DNA of 48,868 bases from a virus. Taxonomy: Duplodnaviria > Heunggongvirae > Uroviricota > Caudoviricetes. This document shows, piece by piece, positions 36,639 through 46,657 of this stretch (positions within the stretch are counted from its first letter, which is position 1; each line of letters starts with the position of its first letter). The position numbers and the translations under genes are program-made. Location of the stretch: positions 1 through 48,868 of IMG/VR virus record IMGVR_UViG_2667527965_000003; one strand, given 5' to 3'. The notes under the pieces were generated by a model, which had not been told where the DNA came from, made no database searches, and saw only the letters and a program-made list of their open reading frames with translations.

Positions 36639-37220
36639 ATGATTAACGAATATGATTTCGTGACAGCGGCAGGTCATATAGCTAAACATGAAGCCGGTCA
36701 CTGGCTTGCGGCGTTTAAATTAGGCTGGAACCCAAGAGGTATAGGCTTGAGAGTGCCGTCTCATGCTAAAGATCACATGGGTTATTCAGAAACAAGTCAC
36801 AAAGTCGATTTAAGCAGCATTGAGGATGTCCGGGATTACGCAAGAGGCAGGGTAAAAATTCTCTACAGTGGCGTATATGCAGAGCACTTTGACGGAAAAG
36901 ACTTTGATCACGAATCCATAATGCGTGATATGAAGCGTGGCGGCGGTGCTTATTCTGATTTCTGGAAAGCTGAAGAAATCTACTTCTTTTACTACAACTG
37001 CCTCGACATAAAGGGAACGTGGGAGCAAGAGTTTCAGCCTATTATTTGCGACGTTCAGCTCATGATCGAAATGCATTACGACTTCATCATCTCTGTAGCC
37101 AAATACGTCATGGCAAGGGCAAACTTTGTTGGTCAGAGTATAGAGGTTTCATCCTCCGACCTGATCAGGATATTCAAAAATAGCACCATTAAGCTTCCTG
37201 ATCATGACCCTCTTCGTTGA
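36639..37220 (+). CDS. HExxH-motif protein (candidate zinc metallopeptidase), moron
   Basis: 193 aa; HEAGH near N-terminus (IAKHEAGHWLAAF); low GC; inserted between tail chaperone and tape measure genes. Confidence 0.4.
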   Translation: MINEYDFVTAAGHIAKHEAGHWLAAFKLGWNPRGIGLRVPSHAKDHMGYSETSHKVDLSSIEDVRDYARGRVKILYSGVYAEHFDGKDFDHESIMRDMKRGGGAYSDFWKAEEIYFFYYNCLDIKGTWEQEFQPIICDVQLMIEMHYDFIISVAKYVMARANFVGQSIEVSSSDLIRIFKNSTIKLPDHDPLR

Positions 37221-37325
37221 GTGTGTTCCCGTTTCCGGTCGATTGAGATCAATAAATCAGCGTTTGCCGTTGCGCCTGTGCTATTCCTGGGTAGGATGTT
37301 CATTTTTACCAATGGGGATAGGGAT

Positions 37326-37613
37326 ATGAGAAAGACGATGTTGTTGTTAGCACTAAGTTGCTCATTGTCTGCTGCGCATGCAAACAGCGATATGAGATCA
37401 ACACTTCAAGCTTCTGAGAATGCAATTTGTCAGGATAACGCAAAAAAAGAGCAGTGCATTACAGCGGTTCAGAAGCTCATGTTTGCAGTCAGCAAAGTTA
37501 CTGAGCTTAATGAAAACTGCAAGAAGCCGAATGGCAATGTTGGAATTGAACAGCAATGCCAACAGTCTGAAGAAGCTATAGGCTACATAAATAGCCTGGT
37601 AAATAAACCATAA
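37326..37613 (+). CDS. Secreted Cys-rich small protein, moron
   Basis: 95 aa from ATG at 37326; signal peptide MRKTMLLLALSCSLSAAHA; several Cys; followed by terminator. Confidence 0.45.
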   Translation: MRKTMLLLALSCSLSAAHANSDMRSTLQASENAICQDNAKKEQCITAVQKLMFAVSKVTELNENCKKPNGNVGIEQQCQQSEEAIGYINSLVNKP

Positions 37614-37617
37614 CCAA

Positions 37618-37638
37618 CCCGCTCCGGCGGGTTTTTTT
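37618..37638 (+). terminator. Rho-independent terminator
   Basis: CCCGC-TCCG-GCGGG hairpin plus TTTTTTT. Confidence 0.65.
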
Positions 37639-37654
37639 ATAGCCGGAGATAATA

Positions 37655-40180
37655 ATGGCAGGCGCAGAAAATGCTGGAAGTATCGTTTATGAAGTAAGCG
37701 CCGAAGTAGCGCCTCTATTACAGGGTGGGCGTCAGGTAAACAGGGTTCTTAGCGATATTGAGTCCGCATTAGACGATAACATAAACCAGTTCAAGCGGCT
37801 TGAAACCAGTGTTAGTACCACCGCCCAAGCGGTATCTACTGCAACAAGAAGTATGGGTAATCTTCGCGGCGTTTTTGGGCAGCTTGGGTACCAGGTGCAG
37901 GACATCGCGGTTCAGTTACAAATGGGCCAAAATGCAATGCTTGTGTTCGCACAACAAGGCTCACAGATCGCTTCTATCTTTGGTCCTGGTGGCGCTGTAA
38001 TCGGTGCAATTATTGCCATCTCTGGCGCAATAGCTGGAGCGCTTCTCCCATCCCTTTTTAATTCCAAAGATGCAACACAAGAGCTTGAATCCGCCCAAAA
38101 GGCGCTTTCAGAGACTGTTGTAAAAACCGACTCAGGAGTGAGCGCTCTATCTGAAAAAATACAGCGACTAGCAGCAGTTAGTTCAGATGCTGCAAAGGCA
38201 CAGATAGCCGTAGCCATGACTGATGCGCAACGAGCCATCAGCGCTGCAGGAAGCGTCATCTCTGACCAAATCAATGATTTGGGAACCTGGCGTAACAGCA
38301 TGTCAGCTGCTGAAAGTCAGTTAACCACGCTCGAAGGTAAAGGCGTTGATGTTTCGAAGATGCTAAAAGATCTTGGCGGAAGCTATGAAGGAAATATTGC
38401 TGGCATCAATATTCTGAACAACGTAACCAATTCAATGTCCGAGGCGTTCGGAATAACACAGACTCAGGCTGTTGGCCTGGTAAAAGTATTCCGAGACCTC
38501 CAAAAAGAGCCTACAGCAGAAAACATGCAGGCCGCAGCATCTGCCCTTTCCTCACTCAGTGAGCAAACTGGTTATGCAAACCCCAAGCTTAATGAGTTGA
38601 CCAATGTCGTCAACCAAAACTATGTCTCTGCGGCAAATGCAACAGATGCTATCAACGTTCTTAAAGGCGCTCTTGACAACCTTACCGGCGCAACAGAGTC
38701 ATCCCAGAAGGCATTATCGGGCAATGCGGAGCAATTAAATAAACTGGTTGAGGCTGCAAAAAATGAAGCCGCAACTGTCGGATTTAGTACCCGACAGCGA
38801 GCTAAATATGTGGCTGGTCTTTTAGGGGCAACAGATGCTGAATTGAAGTCTCTTGATGCAAGCTATGACCGAATAGAATCATACGAGAACGAGCAGAAGG
38901 CGCTTAAAGAGCAAGAAGGAGAGCAAAAGAAAGCAGCATCGGAAGCTGAGGCAGCGGCTAAACGGTCAGCCGCTGCGCAGCAACAGGTGGTTAATCAGCT
39001 GGAACAGTTATCAGAAAAATATCAGATAGCCGTTCTTGAACAGCAAGGTATGGGCCGGGAAGCTGCGGTCCTGGCTGCTCAACAGCAAATGGGGGCAGCT
39101 GCCACCAAACAGCAGGTGCAACAGGCGGGAGATCTTGCTGGCAAGTTGTATGATGTTGCCCAAGCCACAAAAGCAGCACAGGAAGCGGAGCAGGCTAGAA
39201 AGCAATCGAGCCAGAACTTCTCCAACCTTCAAGGCCAGGCATCGCCAGTAGCAGCAGTAGATAACCAGTTTCAGCAGCAGATGGATCAGCTCAACCAATA
39301 TGCCATCTACTATCCCCAGAAAATAGCTGAAGTCGAAGCTACACGGGCAGCGATAGAGGATCAGTACCGGCAAAAGAGGGTGGCAGCCATGTGGCAAGAA
39401 TGGCAGCAGCAAAGCACGATAAACGCTCTTGCCGCTTCAGCTGTAGAGTCTTTGCAAAGCGGCGCAACAAATGCCATCACAGGGTTGGTAAACGGCACGC
39501 AAAGTCTTTCCGAGGCGTTTGCTAACCTTGGCACGTCAGTAATTAACGGCATTGTGAGCAGTCTCGTACAGATGGGTACACAGTGGGTTATGTCCGCAGC
39601 GATGGGGCAGGCTGCGCAGACCGGCGCAATAGCGGCGAACCAGGCGGCGGCAACTGCGGCGCTTGCGGCATCCACTTTGGCCGGAACAGCTGCCGCCACG
39701 ACGCTTCTCGCATCGTGGTCTCCCGCTGCGATGGCTGCTAGTATCGCAACATCTGGTGGTGCGGCAACAGCTGGGTTGGCTGGTTATAACGTTGCAATGG
39801 CTGGCTCGAAAATAATGACCGTCGCCGGTGCCCGCGAACATGGCGGCCCGGTATCGGCCAGCTCCATGTATCGTGTGGGCGAGGGTGGTAAACCTGAGAT
39901 TTTCAAAGCCAGCAATGGCAGCCAGTACATGATCCCCGGAGATAACGGTCGCGTCATCAGTAACCGGGATATCGGCGGTGGTGGTGGCGGGTTCAATTAC
40001 AGCCCGACTATCCAGATCAACGGTAATCCGGATGAAAAAACCATAGCTCTGGTAGAGGCGGCCGTGGCTCGCGGTGGTAAGCAGGTATATCAGCAAATAA
40101 GTGGGGATCTTGCCTCAGGGAAAGGAAACGTTTCTAAAGGCCTGCAAAGCGGCTGGACCGCTAAAAGGAGGATTGGTTAA
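37655..40180 (+). CDS. Tail tape measure protein
   Basis: 841 aa; Ala/Gln-rich, hydrophobic Gly-rich segments (GAVIGAIIAISGAIAGA); position before tail tip genes. Confidence 0.75.
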   Translation: MAGAENAGSIVYEVSAEVAPLLQGGRQVNRVLSDIESALDDNINQFKRLETSVSTTAQAVSTATRSMGNLRGVFGQLGYQVQDIAVQLQMGQNAMLVFAQQGSQIASIFGPGGAVIGAIIAISGAIAGALLPSLFNSKDATQELESAQKALSETVVKTDSGVSALSEKIQRLAAVSSDAAKAQIAVAMTDAQRAISAAGSVISDQINDLGTWRNSMSAAESQLTTLEGKGVDVSKMLKDLGGSYEGNIAGINILNNVTNSMSEAFGITQTQAVGLVKVFRDLQKEPTAENMQAAASALSSLSEQTGYANPKLNELTNVVNQNYVSAANATDAINVLKGALDNLTGATESSQKALSGNAEQLNKLVEAAKNEAATVGFSTRQRAKYVAGLLGATDAELKSLDASYDRIESYENEQKALKEQEGEQKKAASEAEAAAKRSAAAQQQVVNQLEQLSEKYQIAVLEQQGMGREAAVLAAQQQMGAAATKQQVQQAGDLAGKLYDVAQATKAAQEAEQARKQSSQNFSNLQGQASPVAAVDNQFQQQMDQLNQYAIYYPQKIAEVEATRAAIEDQYRQKRVAAMWQEWQQQSTINALAASAVESLQSGATNAITGLVNGTQSLSEAFANLGTSVINGIVSSLVQMGTQWVMSAAMGQAAQTGAIAANQAAATAALAASTLAGTAAATTLLASWSPAAMAASIATSGGAATAGLAGYNVAMAGSKIMTVAGAREHGGPVSASSMYRVGEGGKPEIFKASNGSQYMIPGDNGRVISNRDIGGGGGGFNYSPTIQINGNPDEKTIALVEAAVARGGKQVYQQISGDLASGKGNVSKGLQSGWTAKRRIG

Positions 40181-40650
40181 TGGGTAAGCAAACCGACATC
40201 AATTACCCCCACGAGTACCTGCCAATGCCCCAACGCCCCGGGCATGGCTTCACCCCCGTCAGCCCCCTGCAGCGTTCCACCATGACATCCGGCCGCACGC
40301 GCCAGCGTCGCAAATACACCTCTGTACCGACAGCGGCAAGTGTTTCGTGGGTGTTCACTGATGCCCAGGCGCAGCTGTTTGAGGTGTGGTATCGGGATGT
40401 TATTACGGACGGTGCCGCTTGGTTCAACATGCGCATACGCACGCCGCTGGGTGTTGGTGACTACGTGTGCCGGTTTGATGATATTTACGACGGCCCGTTA
40501 CTTTATGCGCTGGGATACTGGAAATTCACGGCAACACTGGAGCTGTGGGAGCGCCCAATTCTGCCGCCTGGCTGGGGTAATTTCCCTGAGTTCATCGTCG
40601 GGCAGAGCATTATTGATTACGCGCTCAACAAGGAGTGGCCGGAAGCATGA
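40180..40650 (+). CDS. Putative distal/minor tail protein
   Basis: 156-aa ORF immediately after tape measure. Confidence 0.4.
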   Translation: MGKQTDINYPHEYLPMPQRPGHGFTPVSPLQRSTMTSGRTRQRRKYTSVPTAASVSWVFTDAQAQLFEVWYRDVITDGAAWFNMRIRTPLGVGDYVCRFDDIYDGPLLYALGYWKFTATLELWERPILPPGWGNFPEFIVGQSIIDYALNKEWPEA

Positions 40651-41135
40651 CAAGCCCAACACTCAACAGGCTGTATGCCAGCGGCGGCAGTGAGATCCTC
40701 TTCAACACGCTGCAGATTACCGTCGGCGGCCAGACTTACTGGCTGGTTGAGAACTTCGAGGATATCACCGCTGTCACGGAAACTGGCGCATCGGTGACGT
40801 TTCAGGCTGCAGCTATGACCGTCGCGCTGCCAGCCAGAAATAAGGATGGCACGCAGGATCTGCAGTTCGTCATCAGCAACATTGACGGCATCGTTTCAAC
40901 TGCAATACGAAACGCCCTGGCAAACCTCGATAGCGGCACGCTGATAATGCGGCAGTACATCTCAACCGATTTCAGTTTCCCTTCGGCTCCGCCCCTGATA
41001 TTCCAGATTAAAGACGGGTACTGGAAAGCGACGGAGGTACAGATCAAAGCCGGTTTCCTGAATATTCTCGACACTGCATGGCCGCGCTACCGTTACACGC
41101 TGCCAAACTTCCCCGGCCTCCGCTACCTCCAGTAG
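40647..41135 (+). CDS. Putative minor tail protein
   Basis: ATG at 40647 with AAGGAG RBS; 162 aa. Confidence 0.4.
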   Translation: MTSPTLNRLYASGGSEILFNTLQITVGGQTYWLVENFEDITAVTETGASVTFQAAAMTVALPARNKDGTQDLQFVISNIDGIVSTAIRNALANLDSGTLIMRQYISTDFSFPSAPPLIFQIKDGYWKATEVQIKAGFLNILDTAWPRYRYTLPNFPGLRYLQ

Positions 41136-41144
41136 GAAAACACC

Positions 41145-41525
41145 ATGTTCAATCCTGATAAATACCGTTCTGTCGAGTGGCAGAAGGGCGGACGCGCTTA
41201 CCCCGCGCTGGACTGTTTTGGCATCGTCAACGAAATCAGGCGCGATCTGGGCCTGGCGCCGTGGCCGGATTTTGCCGGGGTCACGAAGGATGATAACGGC
41301 CTCGACCGGGAGGCGCGCGGGCTCATGGCTGGCCTGACGCGATGTGAACCGGCCCCGGGCGCGGGTATCGCCTGTTATTCCGGCTCTGTGGTGACACACG
41401 TTGCCATCGTGGTCGAGATTGACGGCCAGCTGCGCGCCGCAGAGTGCAATCCCCGCACTAACGTGACCTTTCTGCCGCTGGCGCGGTTTGCGCGCCGCTT
41501 TGTTCGCGTGGAGTATTACCAGTGA
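41145..41525 (+). CDS. Tail-associated NlpC/P60-like protein
   Basis: 126 aa; conserved Cys (ALDCFGIV) and His (VTHVAIVV) spaced as in C40 peptidases. Confidence 0.4.
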   Translation: MFNPDKYRSVEWQKGGRAYPALDCFGIVNEIRRDLGLAPWPDFAGVTKDDNGLDREARGLMAGLTRCEPAPGAGIACYSGSVVTHVAIVVEIDGQLRAAECNPRTNVTFLPLARFARRFVRVEYYQ

Positions 41526-44500
41526 CGATCCGAATCTATCCCTCCCGGCTGCCGGGCGAACCGCTGGAAACGCATCAACATGAAACGGTGACACTTAGCG
41601 CCTGGTTTGCGCAGAACGTGAAGGACTGGGCACCGGATCAGCAGCATCCGGTCGCGGTTGAAATCGACGGCGTTCCCGTCCCGGCGTCAGAGTGGCCACT
41701 GTGCGTTATCAAGCGAGAAACTGACGTCCGGATGTATCCAGTGCCCTACGGCACCGGCGCAGAAATCGCGATCTGGGTTGCCGTCAGCGTAGCGGTCGCC
41801 TCTGCTGCGTACAGCATCTACATGATGAGTACAATGTCACAGGCTGGAGGTGGCGGTGCCCAAGCAGCCAGCGGTGACCAGATTGACCTCAACCCGGCCA
41901 AAGCGAACGCGGCGAAACTGGGCGACCCGATCCGGGAAATCTTCGGAAAATATCGCGTCTGGCCTGATTACGTCGTGCAGCCGGTGAGCCGGTTCGTTAA
42001 CGAGACCAGCATGGAAACCAGCATGTTCCTGTGCGTGGGTGTCGGCGACATGGTGATTAACCAGTCCGATATCCGGATCGGCAATACCCCGATCTCCGCG
42101 TTCGGCACTGACGTCCGTTACACACTTTACCCGCCTGGCTCCACGGTATCCGGCGACACGCGCACTGAAAACTGGTTCAACTCACCAGAGGTCGGCAATA
42201 CCGGCTCCGGTACCGCCGGGCTGGACCTGGGCTCAAGCGGCCCGGAGACGGTCAGTATTATCGCGGATGCGCTGGTCGTGTCCGGAAACTCCATCACGTT
42301 GGTTGATGTATCGTCGTCTGGCGATGAGGAGATCCCGCCGTCGTGGACTGTCGGAACGGTCATCACCGTCTTGGCTCCAAAATCTTACACGGTCGTGTCG
42401 TCTGGCGGTTACAGCGTGATTTATGGCGGGATAGAGGAGCTGGCACCAGTGGTCGGAATGCCGGTATCCCTGAACTATAACGGCAACGACTACGACCTGG
42501 TGATCGCCAGCTATGCCCCGGGCGTTCCGGCGGTGCCGGGGGTAGGAGGTAGCGCCGCCAGAATAACCGCCAGTGCAGCGCCGACGACATACGATTTCAG
42601 TAGTACGCCTGTCACGTTCAGCATCAGCTGGCAGGGCACGACCTACCCGGTATCGCTGGTTACCAATTACGTCACCATGTCGGGGCTGGTTTCCTCGATT
42701 ACCTCCCAGCTCTCAGGTTCCGGACTGGTCGCGCGCGATAACAGCGGACGGCTCGAAATCGGCGAGGTCAGCAGTCCCTATGCTGGCGGATCCATCACCA
42801 ACAGCCCATTACCCGTAGCTGTGTTCGGTGATGCCCCGGTCAATACGGCTGGCGTAAAATCTACGGGCGGCACGGCCGAGGTACGGGCACACATCACCCT
42901 GGCGTACAACAGCGCCACCGGCACGCCGTTTACGGGACTGCCGGAGGGCATTCAGCGGTTTTCTCTGGGGTTGTCCGGCAATCAGTTCCGGATAACTGCT
43001 GTGGATAGCCAGACGGTCACGGTTGAGCGGCTTACAGTCACTACCGGACCGGGCGGTGAGACCATCACCACGCCGGATCCATCGTGGCCTGGCTTCACTG
43101 AGCGTACGCTGCTGGATGCGACCGTGACGGGTGTCAGCGACGATTACGAATGGGTTGGCCCGTTCCTGGCCTGCCCCGACGGTGAGACCCTGGACGCATT
43201 CGAGGTGAACATCAACTTCCAGAGCGGCCTGGTGCGTTACACCGACCAGGGGAATAAGCGTTCCATGCCGGTACGCCTGGTAATCCAGTATCGCAAGGTT
43301 GGCACCACCACCTGGCAGCAGCAGTCTCCGTTCTATTCCCGCAGTACCGAGAACCAGATCGGGTTTACGCATCGCTACAGCGTGTCTCCTGGGCAGTATG
43401 AGATCCGGATGCGCCGCACCGAACCGGTTAAGGGTGGCAGCACTCGCGACCAGGTGTTCTGGCAGGCGCTGCGCTCACGGCTCAGTAAGCGCCCCACGAA
43501 ATACGACGGCGTCACCACCATGGCGCTGACCGTGCGCACAGGGAATCGCCTGGCGGCCATGTCCGATCGCCGGATTAGCGTTACACCAACCCGGATTTAC
43601 AGCGGTGGCAGAACGGCGCGGAGCATCAGCGGGGCGCTTTACCACGTGCTGGAGTCGCTGGGGTTCACGGTCAGCCAGATTGACACGGCGGCGATTGACG
43701 CGCTGGAGCAAACCTACTGGACGCCCCGCGGTGAGAAATTCGACTGGGCGAGCGGTGAGAGCAAGTCTGCGCTCGAGGTGTTGCAGAAAATCACCAACGC
43801 AGGGATGGGATATTTCCTTCTGTCTGACGGGCTGGCGTCTGCCGGCAGGGAAGGCATTAAACCTTGGGTAGGCATGATCACCCCACAGGAAACCACCGAG
43901 GAGATGCAGACCGCGTTTAAGGCCCCATCACAGGACGATTACGACGGCGTGGACGTGACCTATATCAACGGCACCACCTGGGCAGAGGAAACCGTGCAGT
44001 GTCGCCAGCCTGGCAACCCAACACCGCTGAAAATCGAGAGCTACACGCTGGATGGCGTTCTGGACGAGGACCGGGCATACCGCATCGGCATGCGCCGACT
44101 ACTGGGCTACCAGCTGCAGCGCCTGCAGCACACCACCTCAACAGAGATGGATGCACTCTGCTATGAGTTCATGGATCGTATTGTACTGGCTGACGACATC
44201 CCTGGTGGTCAGCAACTGAGTTGCCTAATTACCGATATGACGTATGACAGTAGCAAAATCACCATGACGCTCAGCGAGCCGCCGGACTGGTCGTTCCAAA
44301 GCCCGCGCGTGATTATCCGCCATCAGGATGGCAGGGCATCGCCAATGGTTGTGCCGACACGCATTGACGACTTCACCATCTCGGTGCCGTACAGCGCCGC
44401 GCTGGAGCCTGAATTGTGGGCGATGAACGACGCGTACATTGAGCCGCCGCGCTTGCTGTTCTGCTCATCAGTTCGTGTGCCGTATGACGCACTGGTGGGG

Positions 44501-44605
44501 GAAATATCTCCGGGCAATGACGGAATCAGTCAGGTAACAGCCATCCAGTACCACCCAGGGAAGTACGCCTACGACGACGCCACCTATCCCGGCGACGCCG
44601 CTTAA
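41522..44605 (+). CDS. Tail tip / host-specificity protein (J-like)
   Basis: 1027 aa; GTG start overlapping upstream stop; large size and position after tail assembly genes. Confidence 0.6.
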   Translation: MTIRIYPSRLPGEPLETHQHETVTLSAWFAQNVKDWAPDQQHPVAVEIDGVPVPASEWPLCVIKRETDVRMYPVPYGTGAEIAIWVAVSVAVASAAYSIYMMSTMSQAGGGGAQAASGDQIDLNPAKANAAKLGDPIREIFGKYRVWPDYVVQPVSRFVNETSMETSMFLCVGVGDMVINQSDIRIGNTPISAFGTDVRYTLYPPGSTVSGDTRTENWFNSPEVGNTGSGTAGLDLGSSGPETVSIIADALVVSGNSITLVDVSSSGDEEIPPSWTVGTVITVLAPKSYTVVSSGGYSVIYGGIEELAPVVGMPVSLNYNGNDYDLVIASYAPGVPAVPGVGGSAARITASAAPTTYDFSSTPVTFSISWQGTTYPVSLVTNYVTMSGLVSSITSQLSGSGLVARDNSGRLEIGEVSSPYAGGSITNSPLPVAVFGDAPVNTAGVKSTGGTAEVRAHITLAYNSATGTPFTGLPEGIQRFSLGLSGNQFRITAVDSQTVTVERLTVTTGPGGETITTPDPSWPGFTERTLLDATVTGVSDDYEWVGPFLACPDGETLDAFEVNINFQSGLVRYTDQGNKRSMPVRLVIQYRKVGTTTWQQQSPFYSRSTENQIGFTHRYSVSPGQYEIRMRRTEPVKGGSTRDQVFWQALRSRLSKRPTKYDGVTTMALTVRTGNRLAAMSDRRISVTPTRIYSGGRTARSISGALYHVLESLGFTVSQIDTAAIDALEQTYWTPRGEKFDWASGESKSALEVLQKITNAGMGYFLLSDGLASAGREGIKPWVGMITPQETTEEMQTAFKAPSQDDYDGVDVTYINGTTWAEETVQCRQPGNPTPLKIESYTLDGVLDEDRAYRIGMRRLLGYQLQRLQHTTSTEMDALCYEFMDRIVLADDIPGGQQLSCLITDMTYDSSKITMTLSEPPDWSFQSPRVIIRHQDGRASPMVVPTRIDDFTISVPYSAALEPELWAMNDAYIEPPRLLFCSSVRVPYDALVGEISPGNDGISQVTAIQYHPGKYAYDDATYPGDAA

Positions 44606-44626
44606 CAGCAAATCAAAATTATCTGA

Positions 44627-44647
44627 CCCGCTTCGGCGGGTTTTTTT
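44627..44647 (+). terminator. Rho-independent terminator
   Basis: CCCGC-TTCG-GCGGG hairpin plus TTTTTTT. Confidence 0.65.
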
Positions 44648-44662
44648 ATGCCCGGAGCGAGC

Positions 44663-46591
44663 ATGACGACATACGCCACGAATAACCCGATAGGGTCGAT
44701 GGATCCGAAGGACCTTTTCGATAACTCCCAGAACCTTGATTACGCGCTGAATGACATTACCCGCGCGATCTGGACTGACCGATTCGGCAGAAGCAGGAAA
44801 AGCTACTGGGGGATGGAGCAGGCGTTCTCAGCTCAGTTGCTCAGTCAGCAGGAGCGTTTCAATACTTTCATCCAAAGCTCTGGCTATAAGGTTATTGGTG
44901 AATATACCAGCGGCCCTTTAACAATTACTGACTATAACCAGCTGATTAGGTATCAGGACGCATTCTGGAAACTGACTGCCACAACAGATCTCCCCTATAC
45001 GACCACCGGGAATGATGCTGCGTCATGGGTGAACGACTCCGTGCATTTCTTTAATGTAGGGGATGGGGAACTGCGTCAGGAATTAGCCGCGCCGGGTGGC
45101 GCTGGACTTGTCGGTGGGCTGGTAACACCTGTAACCTGGTCTGGGTTTTCCGGCGGCGCTGACTCTACTGGCATTGCAGCATCTGACGCGGCATTTGCAG
45201 CTGCGAATGCTTCTGGTTCGGGCGTTTTCGTACCCGCCGGCACATACAAAATCTCTGGCAATACGGACATGTCAGCATGTGAGTTGATGTTTGAGAAAGG
45301 TGCCACTATTGACGTGCAGGCGGGTGCAACCCTTACTGTCGGCAGGATCCTGTGTGGGTTACATCATGTTTTCTCAGGCGCTGGCAGCGTAGTTTTCACG
45401 ACCAGCACAATAAAGGCGCACCCGGAGTGGTTTGGTGCGTCACGAAACGTTGATTCCACCGCTGCATTAACTAAATGCCAGAGTGCCTGTTCGCCTAATA
45501 AAATCACCATCGCTCTGGTAGACGAATATCTGATCGACACTCTGGACTGGGACAGGCGCGTCCCTTCAGATGCCAGCCAGCGCTCAGCATTCAAGCCTAT
45601 TCCAGGCGCAACAAAAGGCGTGAAGTTAACGGGTGGTAACTCTGTTGGAAAGTCCTCCTTTCCCGCCATATCTGGGTTTGCTGGATATGGACTGCGCGTT
45701 GTTGGAACCAGTCTGCTCAATCTCTATATCCCTGAAATTCAGCAGTGCGGTGATGCACTCATCCTGGAAACCTCAGGGGCCGACACGACACTACTGAATA
45801 CAGAAATCAGCCTGACATCTATATCTGCGTGTACCAATGCTATCGTCTTTGTTGCAGATGCACTGGCGAACGTGATGCAGGGCAATAAGGTTTACTGTAA
45901 TTTTATTGCGAACTGCGAAAAGGCAGTTCTGTTCCGCGACAATGGTCTGGCCGGGCCGGGGCCGAACTGGGACAGCAACCAGGTAATCACCCAGGCGATA
46001 GACCCTACACCATCAAGAACTTCTGCGGTGATGTTAAAAAACGAATGTTCGTATGCGATAAACAGATTTGTCTTTAGGGTTGAGACCTGGTGCGGTGGGC
46101 TGGCATCAACCGGTAAATTTATCTCCGGCCGGTTTAATGACCTTGATGCTTATATAAACCTGTCCCAGAATCCTGTTGCCGGGATGCTGGCATACATAGG
46201 GGCATCTAACCGGGTAGATTTCAGCTCAGCCAGGGGAAGGAATACCACGCCGGTCACAGCTGTCAACGCATCTAACTCAATGCCATCATTCAACGGTGGG
46301 GTCCCCCTGTTCCATAACGTTGTGAAACTTAAATATATCCCTTCTGTTGACTGGGCAAATAACACTCAAAAGCAGATTTATATTTATCATCAGTTAACGG
46401 ATCAGAACACCAACGCATTTACTGTCCAACCCCCAGACTCGGGTTCGTTAAGGGGTACCACAGTAGATTCCGTAATAGATAACAGCCTCACTGTTCCTTA
46501 TGAGATTGTAATTAACCTGCGAAATGTGTCGGGTACGACTATTCCTGCAGGAACGGAACTCGAATTTAAACTCCGCGTTGGCCTGTATTAA
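44663..46591 (+). CDS. Tail fibre / tailspike protein with divergent C-terminal receptor-binding region
   Basis: ATG at 44663 with GGAG RBS; C-terminal half Gly/Ser/Thr/Asn-rich with lower GC, consistent with a beta-helical receptor-binding or depolymerase-like domain. Confidence 0.55.
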   Translation: MTTYATNNPIGSMDPKDLFDNSQNLDYALNDITRAIWTDRFGRSRKSYWGMEQAFSAQLLSQQERFNTFIQSSGYKVIGEYTSGPLTITDYNQLIRYQDAFWKLTATTDLPYTTTGNDAASWVNDSVHFFNVGDGELRQELAAPGGAGLVGGLVTPVTWSGFSGGADSTGIAASDAAFAAANASGSGVFVPAGTYKISGNTDMSACELMFEKGATIDVQAGATLTVGRILCGLHHVFSGAGSVVFTTSTIKAHPEWFGASRNVDSTAALTKCQSACSPNKITIALVDEYLIDTLDWDRRVPSDASQRSAFKPIPGATKGVKLTGGNSVGKSSFPAISGFAGYGLRVVGTSLLNLYIPEIQQCGDALILETSGADTTLLNTEISLTSISACTNAIVFVADALANVMQGNKVYCNFIANCEKAVLFRDNGLAGPGPNWDSNQVITQAIDPTPSRTSAVMLKNECSYAINRFVFRVETWCGGLASTGKFISGRFNDLDAYINLSQNPVAGMLAYIGASNRVDFSSARGRNTTPVTAVNASNSMPSFNGGVPLFHNVVKLKYIPSVDWANNTQKQIYIYHQLTDQNTNAFTVQPPDSGSLRGTTVDSVIDNSLTVPYEIVINLRNVSGTTIPAGTELEFKLRVGLY

Positions 46592-46657
46592 CCCAGTTAA
46601 AGGCGGCAGCAATGCCGCCATCTTCCGGTAAATCTCAGTAAGAACTACCCTATAAGG

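Noticed and set aside
39011-40096. Minus-strand ORFs inside the tape measure gene (39011-39412, 39361-39699, 39536-40096)
   Set aside because: Embedded antisense in a long repetitive GC-rich gene; Cys/Arg-rich low-complexity translations.
42809-43372. 187-aa minus-strand ORF inside the J-like tail tip gene
   Set aside because: Antisense to the 1027-aa tail gene; no independent support.
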